From: an uncultured Candidatus Saccharibacteria bacterium
GTDB taxonomy: Bacteria; Patescibacteriota; Saccharimonadia; Saccharimonadales; JAGQNJ01
Length of the DNA stretch: 64,000 nt
Reading direction: 5' to 3'
Assembly (NCBI GenBank): GCA_964493895.1
Contig: CAZBPY010000002.1
Location: 3,351 to 67,350 of the forward strand
The number at the start of each line of letters is the position of its first letter. The stretch's first letter is position 1. Below, in pieces: positions 9,855-19,821 of this stretch. Made by a program: the position numbers and the translations under genes. The notes below the pieces were generated by a model that saw nothing but the letters and a program-made list of their open reading frames with translations, was not told the origin of the DNA and made no database searches.

Positions 9855-10545
9855 AATCGGCCGAAAGTTCGTATATTACATTTTTTCGTTCAATAACAAT
9901 TGGCCAACCGCGCCGACGGGCTTCATCAAATAACTCACGATTTGGGTTAAAAGCGATTGGATTTTCAACCATTTCCAGCATCGGGATGTCACTGGCGCTA
10001 TCTCCCACCCCATAACTATCCCTTAGGCTAAGGTTGTGCTTTTCAATCAGCATTTTAAGAGCCTGGGCTTTATCGTCGGCAAAAAACACTTGCTTGCCGG
10101 TGTAGCGGCCATTGTCGTGCAAAAACTGGGTGCCCAAATAATCGTCAAAATTGTATTGCCGGCCGACCTGCTCGACTAATTCTTGGTGCGAACCGGAAAT
10201 GGCCAACAAAACATAACCTTTCTTTTTCAACTCAGTCGCCAACTCCCGAGTATAGGCATAAGTCTGCTGTCGGTACTCCTTGGCAACCTCCTTGGCAACT
10301 TTTGTGAACTCAGCCACTTTTAGGTTTGGCAGAGCTGCCTCATAAGCAGCTATGACGGCCTTTTCATACTGCCGAAAGGCGTCTGCATGTTCGCGGCGCT
10401 TCCAAATCATTCGGGCATCTTTAATTTTTTGATGAGCCCCTTTGCCCAGCAGTCCGTACTTTGCCAAGCGTTCAATCACAGCATGGTAAAGCTGCCACCT
10501 TATCAGGGTGCCATCGATGTCGAAAACAGCGAACTTAGACATCAT
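9829..10545 (-). CDS. HAD-IB family hydrolase (phosphoserine phosphatase-like)
   Basis: 238 aa. Motif I FDIDGTL, motif III-IV region GVGDSASDIPMLEMVENPIAFNP. Confidence 0.8.
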   Translation of the reverse strand: MMSKFAVFDIDGTLIRWQLYHAVIERLAKYGLLGKGAHQKIKDARMIWKRREHADAFRQYEKAVIAAYEAALPNLKVAEFTKVAKEVAKEYRQQTYAYTRELATELKKKGYVLLAISGSHQELVEQVGRQYNFDDYLGTQFLHDNGRYTGKQVFFADDKAQALKMLIEKHNLSLRDSYGVGDSASDIPMLEMVENPIAFNPNRELFDEARRRGWPIVIERKNVIYELSADSTGAYHLD

Positions 10546-11336
10546 TTTAACTCGATACTAATCGGACAATGATCGCTGCCCATCACATCAGGATGGATTT
10601 TGGCTGATTTAATCAGTGATTTTAATTGTGGCGAAGCCAACCAATAGTCAATCCGCCAGCCAACGTTGCGCTCGCGGGCTTTGGCGAAGTGCGACCACCA
10701 GGTATAGTGCCCGTTACCTTTAGTAAATAGTCGAAACGTATCAACAAAGCCGGCATCGATAAATTTCTGAAATCCTTCTCGTTCTTCGTCGGTAAAACCC
10801 TTCTTGCCAATATTCGGTTTCGGCCGAGCCAAATCATCTTCGGTATGAGCCACATTCAAATCGCCGCACGCCAGCACTGGCTTATCCTTCTGCAGTCTTT
10901 CAAGATAAGCTAAAAACGCCGGATCCCACTGTTTGTGGCGCAGCTCAACTCTGCTTAAATCATCTTTAGCATTTGGTGTGTAAACCGTGACTACCCAAAA
11001 ATCATCATACTCCGCGGCCATCACCCGGCCTTCGTCATTAGGGTCACCATAAACATCGCCAGTCACTTTGTACTTCTTGATAATATCTTGCGGAAAGCCA
11101 TTAACAACCCGGATTGGCTTAATTTTGGTGAAAATCGCCGTACCACTGTAGCCTTTTTTGACGGCCGAATTCCAGAATTCGGTGTACTGAGGCAAATCAA
11201 CCTCCGATTGATCATGATTAGCCTTGGTTTCTTGCAGGCACAAGATATCCGGATCATGTTCTTTGACAAATTTTTGCAGAGCACCCTTGTTCCAAACGGC
11301 GCGGATGCCGTTGACATTCCAGCTGTACAACTTCAT
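10542..11336 (-). CDS. xth: exodeoxyribonuclease III
   Basis: 264 aa. MKLYSWNVNGIRA, LCLQETK and C-terminal SDHCPISIEL are typical of Xth/APE1 family endonucleases. There is a 4-nt overlap with the downstream HAD gene. Confidence 0.92.
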   Translation of the reverse strand: MKLYSWNVNGIRAVWNKGALQKFVKEHDPDILCLQETKANHDQSEVDLPQYTEFWNSAVKKGYSGTAIFTKIKPIRVVNGFPQDIIKKYKVTGDVYGDPNDEGRVMAAEYDDFWVVTVYTPNAKDDLSRVELRHKQWDPAFLAYLERLQKDKPVLACGDLNVAHTEDDLARPKPNIGKKGFTDEEREGFQKFIDAGFVDTFRLFTKGNGHYTWWSHFAKARERNVGWRIDYWLASPQLKSLIKSAKIHPDVMGSDHCPISIELK

Positions 11337-11372
11337 GAGTTTAAGTATAACAAACCACAGCCAAGGGTTGAT

Positions 11373-12131
11373 CTATGGGCTTTCGCTAACCCAGTATGAG
11401 GCGCTTTCACCGTTTATGAGTAAGAGCCTAAGGCGGGTTGTCAGGCCCATTACTTTCCGGGCAGCAGCGGCATTGGCGGGATCTAAATCTTGCCTCCATC
11501 TTTTGAAGTATTTAGCCAGCTCCAACCAGCCATTCTTACCGTCGGCATCTCCTATTACGGCGCAATGTCTGGCTGCACACAAGGCGTTAAGAGCCGAGTA
11601 GTAGACATTACGGCCGGGACTTACCAGTAGCTCATGTGCCTGCCTATAATTTAGCTCGGCCTGGGCAACAACTGGAGATCGTGGTTCTTCTACCGCTACT
11701 AGGGTGCCCATCCGTGCTAGTAAGCCATAGGAAGCGCCTAGTTCTGACAGTAACGCATTCCAAGACTGATCAGTATAAAAATCTTCGTTATAAACTTCGC
11801 CCTCGACAAACTGAGCTTTGAATAACCGGACAGCTTCAGTTTGCCTATCGTGAAGCCGTATAACAGTGCCGGTTTCATGATAATCCTGCCATGCCTGTTG
11901 AGCCTCGCCAAAGACATGTTCACGTTGAATGCGATGAAGATGTAGTCCTCTCGAAGGCTGGTGATCGCCGCCGATGCTTCCGTAATATTCCTCTATTTCT
12001 TGGGTGGCATTGTCTAGAACCTCCAAGCCCCGAGCGCGAGAACTGGGTTGGTTGATTAGCCTAACAGCGCGCTCGAGCAAATTTTCAGCTCTCGAGTGAA
12101 CACTAATCTCATAGGCTTCGGGATTTGACAT
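11373..12131 (-). CDS. hypothetical protein (soluble, helical-looking orphan)
   Basis: 252-aa uninterrupted ORF filling the gap between xth and tRNA-Ser. No motif recognised. Confidence 0.5.
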   Translation of the reverse strand: MSNPEAYEISVHSRAENLLERAVRLINQPSSRARGLEVLDNATQEIEEYYGSIGGDHQPSRGLHLHRIQREHVFGEAQQAWQDYHETGTVIRLHDRQTEAVRLFKAQFVEGEVYNEDFYTDQSWNALLSELGASYGLLARMGTLVAVEEPRSPVVAQAELNYRQAHELLVSPGRNVYYSALNALCAARHCAVIGDADGKNGWLELAKYFKRWRQDLDPANAAAARKVMGLTTRLRLLLINGESASYWVSESP

Positions 12132-12191
12132 AATGAGTGAATTCTATATCGATTATACAAATAAGCATATTGGTTATGCTTAACCTATACT

Positions 12192-12283
12192 TGGCGGAGA
12201 GAGCGGGATTCGAACCCGCGATTGCGATTGCTCACAATACACGCTTTCCAAGCGTGCGCCTTCAACCACTCGGCCACCTCTCC
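12192..12283 (-). tRNA. tRNA-Ser (anticodon GGA), encoded CCA
   Basis: Reverse complement reads GGAGAGGTGGCCGAGTGGTTGAAGGCGCACGCTTGGAAAGCGTG..long variable arm..GCGGGTTCGAATCCCGCTCTCTCCGCCA. Confidence 0.9.
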
Positions 12284-12335
12284 GTGGTTCCAGATTATAA
12301 CGTATAAATTACAGCGACTGAAATTATGGTCTGCC

Positions 12336-12365
12336 TTGATATTTGGCGACGGCCGGGCGTATACT
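12336..12365 (+). promoter_or_regulatory. putative promoter of ABC transporter operon (TTGATA-18-TATACT)
   Basis: TTGATA at 12336-12341 and TATACT at 12360-12365. The ~70-nt leader contains a GGAGGCCTCC palindrome before the ATG at 12440. Confidence 0.4.
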
Positions 12366-12439
12366 ACTGGGATAGGAGGGTTTTTGCGGCTTGACCGTGG
12401 AGGCCTCCTTTTCATAATCTTTTAAAGTTTGGCTCGTTT

Positions 12440-13309
12440 ATGTCGTTAATTGAGATTCATCAGGTCAGTAAATTGTATGGTTTTGGCGAAGCCGCGACTA
12501 TCGCCCTTGATGAAATCGATTTTACGGTTGAGAAGAACGAATTCATTGCCATTATGGGCCCTAGCGGCTCGGGAAAGACTACTCTGCTTAACATCATTGG
12601 CCTGTTGGATACGCCGACTCATGGTGATTTCAAGCTGAATGGTCGCAGTACTGACAAGTTGCGCTCTCGCGGCCGAGCTAAGATTCGCCGCGATACCATT
12701 GGCTTTGTATTCCAAGCCTTCAATTTGTTACCGGAGTTGACAGTTCTAGAAAATGTCGCCCTACCCCTGGCTTACCGAGGGCTGACACCAGCCCGCCGCC
12801 TAAAACGAGCCAGCGAGATGCTGGACCGCGTTGGCTTGTTGGACCGCGAATACTTCTATCCTGCCCAGTTGTCAGGCGGTCAAGCTCAACGAGCAGCCAT
12901 TGCCCGGGCTCTAATTAACAATCCAAGTCTGATCATTGCGGACGAGCCAACTGGCAATCTTGACTCAGAGGCCAGTCGTCTGGTCATGGAACTGCTGAGC
13001 GAAATTCATAAAGCCGGCAACACAGTGCTTATGGTGACACATAATCCGGCGCTGACTCGCTATGCCAGCCGCGTCGTCTACATGCACGACGGGGTGATCA
13101 TCCATGATGAGAAGAGTAAAATTGGCGACATACCAGGTATTTTGCAGCGTAGCATGTATTTTGTCAGTCGAAAAACTGCCGAAGACGACGCGGCTGGCGT
13201 CTCAGCTTTAATGAAGGCTATGCCTGACAAAGACGGGCCAAAGAAATCAAAACGAAAACGACGCAAGGCCCCCCGCAAGCGTAACAAGAAAAAGGTTAAA
13301 AAGTCATGA
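12440..13309 (+). CDS. ABC transporter ATP-binding protein (MacB/LolD-type) with Lys-rich C-terminal tail
   Basis: 289 aa. Walker A GPSGSGKTT, signature LSGGQAQR, Walker B LIIADEPT. The tail reads KDGPKKSKRKRRKAPRKRNKKKVKKS. There is a 4-nt overlap with the permease gene. Confidence 0.9.
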   Translation: MSLIEIHQVSKLYGFGEAATIALDEIDFTVEKNEFIAIMGPSGSGKTTLLNIIGLLDTPTHGDFKLNGRSTDKLRSRGRAKIRRDTIGFVFQAFNLLPELTVLENVALPLAYRGLTPARRLKRASEMLDRVGLLDREYFYPAQLSGGQAQRAAIARALINNPSLIIADEPTGNLDSEASRLVMELLSEIHKAGNTVLMVTHNPALTRYASRVVYMHDGVIIHDEKSKIGDIPGILQRSMYFVSRKTAEDDAAGVSALMKAMPDKDGPKKSKRKRRKAPRKRNKKKVKKS

Positions 13310-14508
13310 ACGGCAACTTGAAACTGGCATGGCAGCAAATCAAGCGCTCTAAATTACGCAGTTTGTTCACTATGCTGGGCATTATCGTGGCCGTAACATC
13401 GGTATTGGTCATAATTTCTCTTGGTGAAGGCGCTAAACAGGATATTCGCGATCAGGCTAGAGAGCACGGCGGTGATCTGCTTGTCATTCGCCCGGGAGGC
13501 CCGCAGTCCAGTTTGGCTGCCGGCCTATTCGGTGGCATCAGCGGTGTTTTTACTGACACCGATGTCGAAGCGATCACTAACACGCCCGATGTTCAAACAG
13601 TGGTGCCACTTAGTTCTGTATCGGGTGTTGTCAGTTATGACGGCCGAGAATACCAAGGTAGCGGCGTGATTGCTACTTCACATGCTTTTGCTGAGTTGTT
13701 AAATCATAAAACTGAGTTTGGCGAGTTTCTCCAGGCAGCAGATGAAGGTCGAAAGTTTGCGGTGATTGGCAAGCAGGCCGCCGAAGAAATCTTCCAAGAA
13801 AATGTTCCTATCGGTAAGGGTCTGGAGTTCCGCGGTGAAAGATATGTTGTCAAAGGTGTTCTAGCCGAATTTGACGTCTCGCCACTGACTCCAGGAGCTG
13901 ACTACAATCGAGCTATTTTTATCCCCTACACCACTGGTAAGGCTGCTGCCGAGGGTGCAGCTCAGATTTTTCAAATTCTAGCTAAGCCAACTCACCCTGA
14001 CAAAACTAGCGAGGCCAAGCATAATATTTCAGAAAACTTGCGCCAGGCCAACGGCGGACAAGAGAACTTCACTGTTCTGAAGCAAGATGAAACCCAAGCT
14101 TTAACAGATCAGACTCTAGGCATCATGACTAGATTAGTGGCCGCTATTGCTACGATTTCACTACTGCTGGGCGGTATTGGCGTCATGAATGTTATGATCG
14201 TTTCGGTTACCGAGCGAACTAAAGAAATTGGCATTCGAAAAGCCGTTGGTGCCACTGATCAGCAAATCCTATCTCAATTCTTAGGAGAATCAGTTATTCT
14301 CAGCGCTGTTGGCGGAGTCTTAGGCGTAATCATTGCCTATCTAGCCGTCTTTTACATGCGTCTATTCACTTCGCTTCAACCAGTTTTACCGCCACTTTTT
14401 GGTGTTCTAGCTATATTAGTAGCCTTGCTGGTTGGAGTTGTTTTTGGTGTTGCTCCAGCGGTCAAAGCGGCTCGTAAAGACCCGATTACAGCTTTGCGCC
14501 GAGAGTAA
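13306..14508 (+). CDS. ABC transporter permease (MacB/FtsX-type)
   Basis: 400 aa. N-terminal TM helix, large periplasmic-type domain, and a C-terminal FtsX-like 3-TM region with TERTKEIGIRKAVGA. Confidence 0.9.
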   Translation: MNGNLKLAWQQIKRSKLRSLFTMLGIIVAVTSVLVIISLGEGAKQDIRDQAREHGGDLLVIRPGGPQSSLAAGLFGGISGVFTDTDVEAITNTPDVQTVVPLSSVSGVVSYDGREYQGSGVIATSHAFAELLNHKTEFGEFLQAADEGRKFAVIGKQAAEEIFQENVPIGKGLEFRGERYVVKGVLAEFDVSPLTPGADYNRAIFIPYTTGKAAAEGAAQIFQILAKPTHPDKTSEAKHNISENLRQANGGQENFTVLKQDETQALTDQTLGIMTRLVAAIATISLLLGGIGVMNVMIVSVTERTKEIGIRKAVGATDQQILSQFLGESVILSAVGGVLGVIIAYLAVFYMRLFTSLQPVLPPLFGVLAILVALLVGVVFGVAPAVKAARKDPITALRRE

Positions 14509-14513
14509 ACTAG

Positions 14514-15056
14514 CTATCTTTTGCCGGCTGTGGTGTTTCGCACGTCCATACCCAGGGCGATTAACATCGGTCCGGTTATCAAAGCGTACACACCAAGCAC
14601 CCAGACAAAGGCTAGACCGCCGGCGGCGGGCTGAAGCATGATGAAAATACCAACTGCTGCTGCCACGAGACCGCCAATAACTAATAACGTTTTTTGGGTC
14701 ATGCTACTATCTTCAATCATACCCATGACGACTTCAAATACGCCACGGACGATTAAGACTAGGCCGATTAGCAACACTAATGTGGCTAATGAAACCAATG
14801 GATTTCGCACCAGAAAGACACCGACGCCCAGCTCGACAAAGCTCAACAATAACCCTAAGAACCACTTCTTTCCTTGAATTAGATGGCGTACACCGGTAAT
14901 TATGCCGATTACCCCGCTGACTAAGATGTAAATACTAAAGATGTATACCAAAGTCACTGCCGTTAAAGCTGGCCAAAACACGGCGGCGATGCCAAATAAG
15001 ATTCCGGCGATGCCGCGTACCACCAAGGCCTCCCACATAGGTTTAACTGTGTCCAT
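14514..15056 (-). CDS. HdeD/DUF308 family membrane protein
   Basis: 180 aa. Repeated TM pairs and an N-terminal W..LVVRGIAGILFGIAAVFWP, typical of DUF308. Confidence 0.75.
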   Translation of the reverse strand: MDTVKPMWEALVVRGIAGILFGIAAVFWPALTAVTLVYIFSIYILVSGVIGIITGVRHLIQGKKWFLGLLLSFVELGVGVFLVRNPLVSLATLVLLIGLVLIVRGVFEVVMGMIEDSSMTQKTLLVIGGLVAAAVGIFIMLQPAAGGLAFVWVLGVYALITGPMLIALGMDVRNTTAGKR

Positions 15057-15330
15057 AGGGTTCCTCCATTTATGTTTATGCTTTTATTGTTTGCTTATCT
15101 ATGACATTTGTCAAGCCAGGACAAACCTAAAATGTTAACATTTAAGTATTTTTTAATAATGGATTGATAGCATGATCGTATGGGTGGGTCTGCGACTAAA
15201 CACACTATTTGAAAAATATACTTGCGAATAAGTTAAGATTAGTGTATACAATTATACATATGGTGGTTTCCTAGGGTGAGTGCATCCGGAGGCTGTCAAT
15301 AGAGTGATGATGTAATGAAAGTGGGTTATC

Positions 15331-15999
15331 ATGAAAATCCTCATCATTGACGATAATACTAGGCTGGCCGAGCGGATCAAGCAGCAATTGGGCAAAAAAT
15401 TCGTTATTGACATTGTAACCAGTGGAGCTCGGGGTCTTCAGCAAGCTCTGGCGGTTAACTACAGTATTATTATTCTTGATCTGGGCCTGCCGGATATGCA
15501 CGGCTTGGCCGTCTGCAATATGCTTCGGGAGCGTCATGTGGACGCTCCCGTTTTAGTTCTGACAGCTGTTGAGGATATGGACACCAAGGTTGCTTTGTTA
15601 GAGTCTGGCGCTGACGATTACCTGATCAAGCCATTTAATATTAGTGAACTGCGGGCTCGGATAAAGGCATTGCTGCGTCGGCCTTCGCCTCGGCCGGATA
15701 ATGTTCAAATAGCCATTGAGGATTTGGAGATTGATATGTCGGCCCGGGCCGTTAAACGCGAAAACAAGAATATTAAACTGAGACGCAAGGAGTTCGATAT
15801 TTTAGAATATCTAATCCAAAACCGAGGCCGACCAGTAACTCGCCAGATGATTCTTGAGCATGTTTGGGAAGAAGGCACTTCCAGCTGGCATAACACAGTT
15901 GACGTCCACATTAAACATTTGCGCGATAAATTAGACAAGCCATTTAAGAAGAAGTTCATAAAAACCGCCTACGGAGTCGGTTATATGTTTAAAGATTAG
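15331..15999 (+). CDS. OmpR-family response regulator (receiver + winged-helix)
   Basis: 222 aa. MKILIIDD, ILDLGLPDM, and C-terminal trans_reg_C-like LRRKEFDILEYL..VDVHIKHLRDKL..TAYGVGY. Confidence 0.9.
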   Translation: MKILIIDDNTRLAERIKQQLGKKFVIDIVTSGARGLQQALAVNYSIIILDLGLPDMHGLAVCNMLRERHVDAPVLVLTAVEDMDTKVALLESGADDYLIKPFNISELRARIKALLRRPSPRPDNVQIAIEDLEIDMSARAVKRENKNIKLRRKEFDILEYLIQNRGRPVTRQMILEHVWEEGTSSWHNTVDVHIKHLRDKLDKPFKKKFIKTAYGVGYMFKD

Positions 16000-16008
16000 G
16001 ATATAGCG

Positions 16009-16827
16009 ATGGCATTACTGAATCTTCCCCTCGTTCAGCCTCACAAGATTTCCCCGTTTATTACCGGTCAAAAACTGCGATTCAATTCTCGTAAGCTACG
16101 AGCTGCCAGGAAGAAAGAACTGCACTATTTGTACAAATTTGCCGAGCTTGGCCAACTCAGTACTGCACTGTTTCACGATCTAGCCAACAATGTGGCGGTG
16201 CTGACTCTGGATCTGGAGCAACTTCAGCGCCGGCGCGATCGGCATGCTTTGGAAAGAGCCAACAACAGCCTGTCCCATATTGAAAAGCTTGTTGAGGAAA
16301 TGCGCCGGCAGCTAAATCAAACTGACTCTCCGACTGACTTTAGGCCCAATCGTGCCATAAACCAGGTGGCTGCCAGCTTAAAGGGTCGATTTGAAGCGGC
16401 GCATACCCGGCTTCGATTAATCAACAAACAGCCGGCCGAAGCCAGAATATTTGGCGATAAGGCTCGGTTTGCTCAGTTAATTACGGTGCTATTAGTCAAT
16501 GCCTTGGATGCCACGATTCAGGCGGCGGCTACCACCAATTTAACCGATAGACTGGTTTTAGTGGAGCTATCTGCCCACAATCGATTCTTGGTTATCACAG
16601 TTAGTGACTGGGGCGCTGGAATAAACCCAGCATTACAGGCAGAAATATTCAAGCCCTTTTTCGGTACCAAACCCGGTGGAATGGGCGTTGGGTTATTTAT
16701 CACCAAACAAATAATCGAAACTCATTTTAGTGGCTCGATTGAATTACAAAACAACGACAATCCTACCCAATTTACGGTTAGAATCCCGCTTAGCAAATCT
16801 GCAACCAAACGAACCGCTAAACGCTAG
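16009..16827 (+). CDS. cytoplasmic histidine kinase (no TM segment)
   Basis: 272 aa. H-box LFHDLANN, N-box LVNALDA, G-boxes DWGAGI and GGMGVGLFITK. Adjacent to the OmpR-type regulator. Confidence 0.8.
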   Translation: MALLNLPLVQPHKISPFITGQKLRFNSRKLRAARKKELHYLYKFAELGQLSTALFHDLANNVAVLTLDLEQLQRRRDRHALERANNSLSHIEKLVEEMRRQLNQTDSPTDFRPNRAINQVAASLKGRFEAAHTRLRLINKQPAEARIFGDKARFAQLITVLLVNALDATIQAAATTNLTDRLVLVELSAHNRFLVITVSDWGAGINPALQAEIFKPFFGTKPGGMGVGLFITKQIIETHFSGSIELQNNDNPTQFTVRIPLSKSATKRTAKR

Positions 16828-18079
16828 CTGGCGTAACTGCTGGTGGCTGGTCACAGTTGCTGGTGTTGGGCTGACCAGCGAACCTATCGGCGATCCAGGA
16901 AATAATTTGCGGCGTAGTCAGAGCCGGAATCTCCATGTGGTTACCTTTGTCAATCCAAAGACTCTGTAAATTTGATCCGGCTGCGCAGGCTTGCTGAATG
17001 TACAACGCCGTAGTCGATGGCAGGACTACGTTGTCTTGCTTGCTTTCAATCACCAACAGGGGTTGATTTGGTTGAAGATCGGGCGCCGATTGAGCCTCGG
17101 ACATGGCCCGCCAGGCTGGCACATCGTTGGGATTGAGGCTGAAAAATTTTTGCTTAAAGGCTTCCCTAATCTTTCCATCTAAAGCTGACTGGACAATACA
17201 CTGATCGGCTAGCTTCTGATAATTTTTAAGGCCGCTGTCAGTCAAAACATCATTAACATTTAATGAACTGTTAAAACTTGGCCAACTGGCGGTCACAATT
17301 GAACCAATTACCCAGCCAGCAGCATTATCGTACTGAGCGTTCATTAGCGGTACTAATTCAGCCGCCGGGGCGGCAGCAACCGTCCCGACTAATTCTAATT
17401 CTGGAGCATAGCTGGACGATTTGGCAGCAGTAAACAACGCCGAATTACCTCCTTGAGAGTGGCCTAACACGGCATAACTATTGCCAGAATTAACTCCAGG
17501 CATATTGCGAGCGGCCCGGACACTGTTAATTACGTCATGAGCTTCGGAGGCTCCAACTAGATAGCCTTGAACGCCCGGTGTCCCCTGCCCAGCATAATCA
17601 GTGGCCACAACTATCCAATTGTTTTGCATAGCTTGAGATATCCAAGGCAGATTAGCCGGATCCTTGGCTCGTGACGGTGCGCATTTATCGCCCAACCCCA
17701 GTGTCCCATGAGCCCAGGCTAGGATCGGCTTATTATCGCCAGGTGTCGATGGACTGAAAACCATACCTGAGGAAAAAGTGTTGGTGCCATCAGCTTTTTG
17801 AGTCCGATACAAAATGCGATAACCAAAACCGCCAGGCACTTCTATGCCTAGGTCTTCATATCTGACTACTTCGCCAAGCGCTCCGTCCAGCGACAGGCCG
17901 GTGGTGTCATAAAAGGGATCAAGTTTAGCTTGGCGGCGGTTCGTTTGCCACGATCCGTAAACGCCGGAGCCGACAATGAATAGAATCAGGGCCACCAACA
18001 GTAGACAAATTATCGTTAGAATTCGATGCCGGTGCCAAAATGGCCTTTTCTTTTTAAGCGGTCCTTTTTTCATGCCCAC
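16817..18079 (-). CDS. secreted/anchored lipase-like alpha/beta hydrolase
   Basis: 420 aa with an N-terminal TM helix and nucleophile elbow GHSQGG. Resembles the secretory lipase (LIP) family. Confidence 0.65.
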   Translation of the reverse strand: MGMKKGPLKKKRPFWHRHRILTIICLLLVALILFIVGSGVYGSWQTNRRQAKLDPFYDTTGLSLDGALGEVVRYEDLGIEVPGGFGYRILYRTQKADGTNTFSSGMVFSPSTPGDNKPILAWAHGTLGLGDKCAPSRAKDPANLPWISQAMQNNWIVVATDYAGQGTPGVQGYLVGASEAHDVINSVRAARNMPGVNSGNSYAVLGHSQGGNSALFTAAKSSSYAPELELVGTVAAAPAAELVPLMNAQYDNAAGWVIGSIVTASWPSFNSSLNVNDVLTDSGLKNYQKLADQCIVQSALDGKIREAFKQKFFSLNPNDVPAWRAMSEAQSAPDLQPNQPLLVIESKQDNVVLPSTTALYIQQACAAGSNLQSLWIDKGNHMEIPALTTPQIISWIADRFAGQPNTSNCDQPPAVTPASV

Positions 18080-18152
18080 ATTTTATCATGCTTATGCTAT
18101 ATAGAGACGACCAAGTAGACAAGCCAACCACCAAGATTTAAATGAAACTGAA

Positions 18153-18875
18153 CTATGGTCGAAGACGCAAGGACAACTTTTCATTAGCCGGCAGCCGTGC
18201 AATGTAATCCAGTAGCGAATAAATGAAAATCGAGGCTCCGATCATTTCCATGGCCTCTTCGATTCCAGTTAGGCAAGCATAAAAGAATTGTGAAGCGGCT
18301 ATCGGTCCGGCTTGGCTGTAGTAATCGGCAGCCACAATTTCCATACCGGCGGCTCCGGAAACAAATACCACCAGAGCAGCTAAGAAGAGATATCGAGTTC
18401 GACTCGGCAAATGACGCCAAAAGCGTATAAAGAATAGTCCCAATACAAGTAATGCCAACAAAGCTGGAATGACCCAGGCAAACAACAACGGGCCGCTTTC
18501 AATGTTCAGAAGTACCCTTACCGGGGCGGCCATTAATTCGTGAATTTGTGAGGCTTCGTCAAAAGAAATAAACAAGAAAATTAGACCCAAAACTAGCCAG
18601 TGCCGGGCATAGGGTCTTTTAGCTTTTGACTTGGCAAAGCCAATCAGTAGCAGCAACCCGGCTGCGACAAAATGCAACAGCTGGCCAAACCATGATGACA
18701 GATTTAGTTCGCCGTCAAGATTCAATTTTTGTTGGACTAGATCGGGTAGTGAACCTGGAAACGGATGAGTAAACTCGATAATTAGCCGCGAGACAAAATG
18801 CAGCACAACTAGGATCATCGACAAGCCAATTAGTAAATGCAGCGCTTTGCGGGCTGAAATAGTCATTAGCAGCAT
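18153..18875 (-). CDS. hypothetical polytopic membrane protein
   Basis: 240-aa ORF with about 6-7 hydrophobic helices. No family recognised. Confidence 0.55.
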   Translation of the reverse strand: MLLMTISARKALHLLIGLSMILVVLHFVSRLIIEFTHPFPGSLPDLVQQKLNLDGELNLSSWFGQLLHFVAAGLLLLIGFAKSKAKRPYARHWLVLGLIFLFISFDEASQIHELMAAPVRVLLNIESGPLLFAWVIPALLALLVLGLFFIRFWRHLPSRTRYLFLAALVVFVSGAAGMEIVAADYYSQAGPIAASQFFYACLTGIEEAMEMIGASIFIYSLLDYIARLPANEKLSLRLRP

Positions 18876-18932
18876 TATACAGGAGTTTTGAGCGGGTTGC
18901 TGGCCGACAGTCCTCTAGGTTACCATGTAGCT

Positions 18933-19247
18933 ATGGCTAATAAACTCAGTGAAGGCACCGTCCATAAACTGCCGGTTGATCTCAAAAAGGCTTTGCTATC
19001 GAATTCTAAAGCCGCGACTGCCTGGGAAGACATTACTCCCCTGGCCCGCAATGAATGGATTTGTTGGACGATTACTGTCAAGCAGACTAAAACCCGGCTC
19101 GACCACATCAGAAGAACAGTTGAAGAGCTGGCCGAAGGCCAACGCCGGCCATGTTGCTGGATTGGCTGCATTCATCGAACGGACAAATCAATCAGCCCTT
19201 CGGTTCGCGGCATCATAGACAAGCGCGCCAAAACTAAGACAACCTGA
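18933..19247 (+). CDS. YdeI/OmpD-associated family protein
   Basis: Start moved to the ATG at 18933 (MANKLSEG). AWEDITPLARNEWICWTITVKQTKTR..HIRRTVEEL matches the YdeI-type C-terminal domain as I recall it. Confidence 0.65.
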   Translation: MANKLSEGTVHKLPVDLKKALLSNSKAATAWEDITPLARNEWICWTITVKQTKTRLDHIRRTVEELAEGQRRPCCWIGCIHRTDKSISPSVRGIIDKRAKTKTT

Positions 19248-19821
19248 TCTTAAACGGTGACACGTAGGGGTTGTCTTTGATAAAAAAGCGGCGATGGATG
19301 TCACGAGCTTTGGAAATGCCAATTCTTGGTGATGTGGCTATGGTTTCACCTTTTTGTAGCTTGCCAGTCACCAGCCTGAGAGGTGTTTTTTGTAAATCGT
19401 GACCATTCATTCTTTGATCAATTCCCAGTGCCAAACTGGTTTTAGCCGGACCATTAGTAGCACCGGCACCTTCGATGCCGCGGCGCTTCTCTAGCAATTG
19501 CTTACCTTCAACTGGTTCAACCGCTCGGATCAAAACCCCCGCCCCATAGCCGGCAGGGCCGCAAACCACATTGCAGCAATAGTGCATGCCGTAAGTGAAA
19601 TAGACATACAAGTGACCGGACCGCTTGAACATCGTAGCGTTGCGGGTGCGCTCGCCGCCGAAGGCATGGCTGGCTTCATCATCCTGATCATAGCTTTCGG
19701 TTTCGACAATTCTCACCCGGACGGTTTGGCCGTCAATGTCGCGGACTAATTCGCAGCCCAATAATTTTTCGGCTACCATATCGACCGGTTGGTTAAGAAA
19801 ATCCGGGAAGTTATTTTTCAT
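19234..19821 (-). CDS. mpg: DNA-3-methyladenine glycosylase (Mpg/AAG family)
   Basis: 195 aa. LLGCELV, RIVETESY, DEASHAF and GHLYVYFTYGMHYCCNVV are typical of the family. Confidence 0.9.
   Translation of the reverse strand: MKNNFPDFLNQPVDMVAEKLLGCELVRDIDGQTVRVRIVETESYDQDDEASHAFGGERTRNATMFKRSGHLYVYFTYGMHYCCNVVCGPAGYGAGVLIRAVEPVEGKQLLEKRRGIEGAGATNGPAKTSLALGIDQRMNGHDLQKTPLRLVTGKLQKGETIATSPRIGISKARDIHRRFFIKDNPYVSPFKIRLS

Noticed and set aside
12185-12425. ORFs 12185..12415 (-) and 12222..12425 (+)
   Set aside because: Both overlap tRNA-Ser (12192-12283) and the ABC-operon promoter region, so they are spurious.
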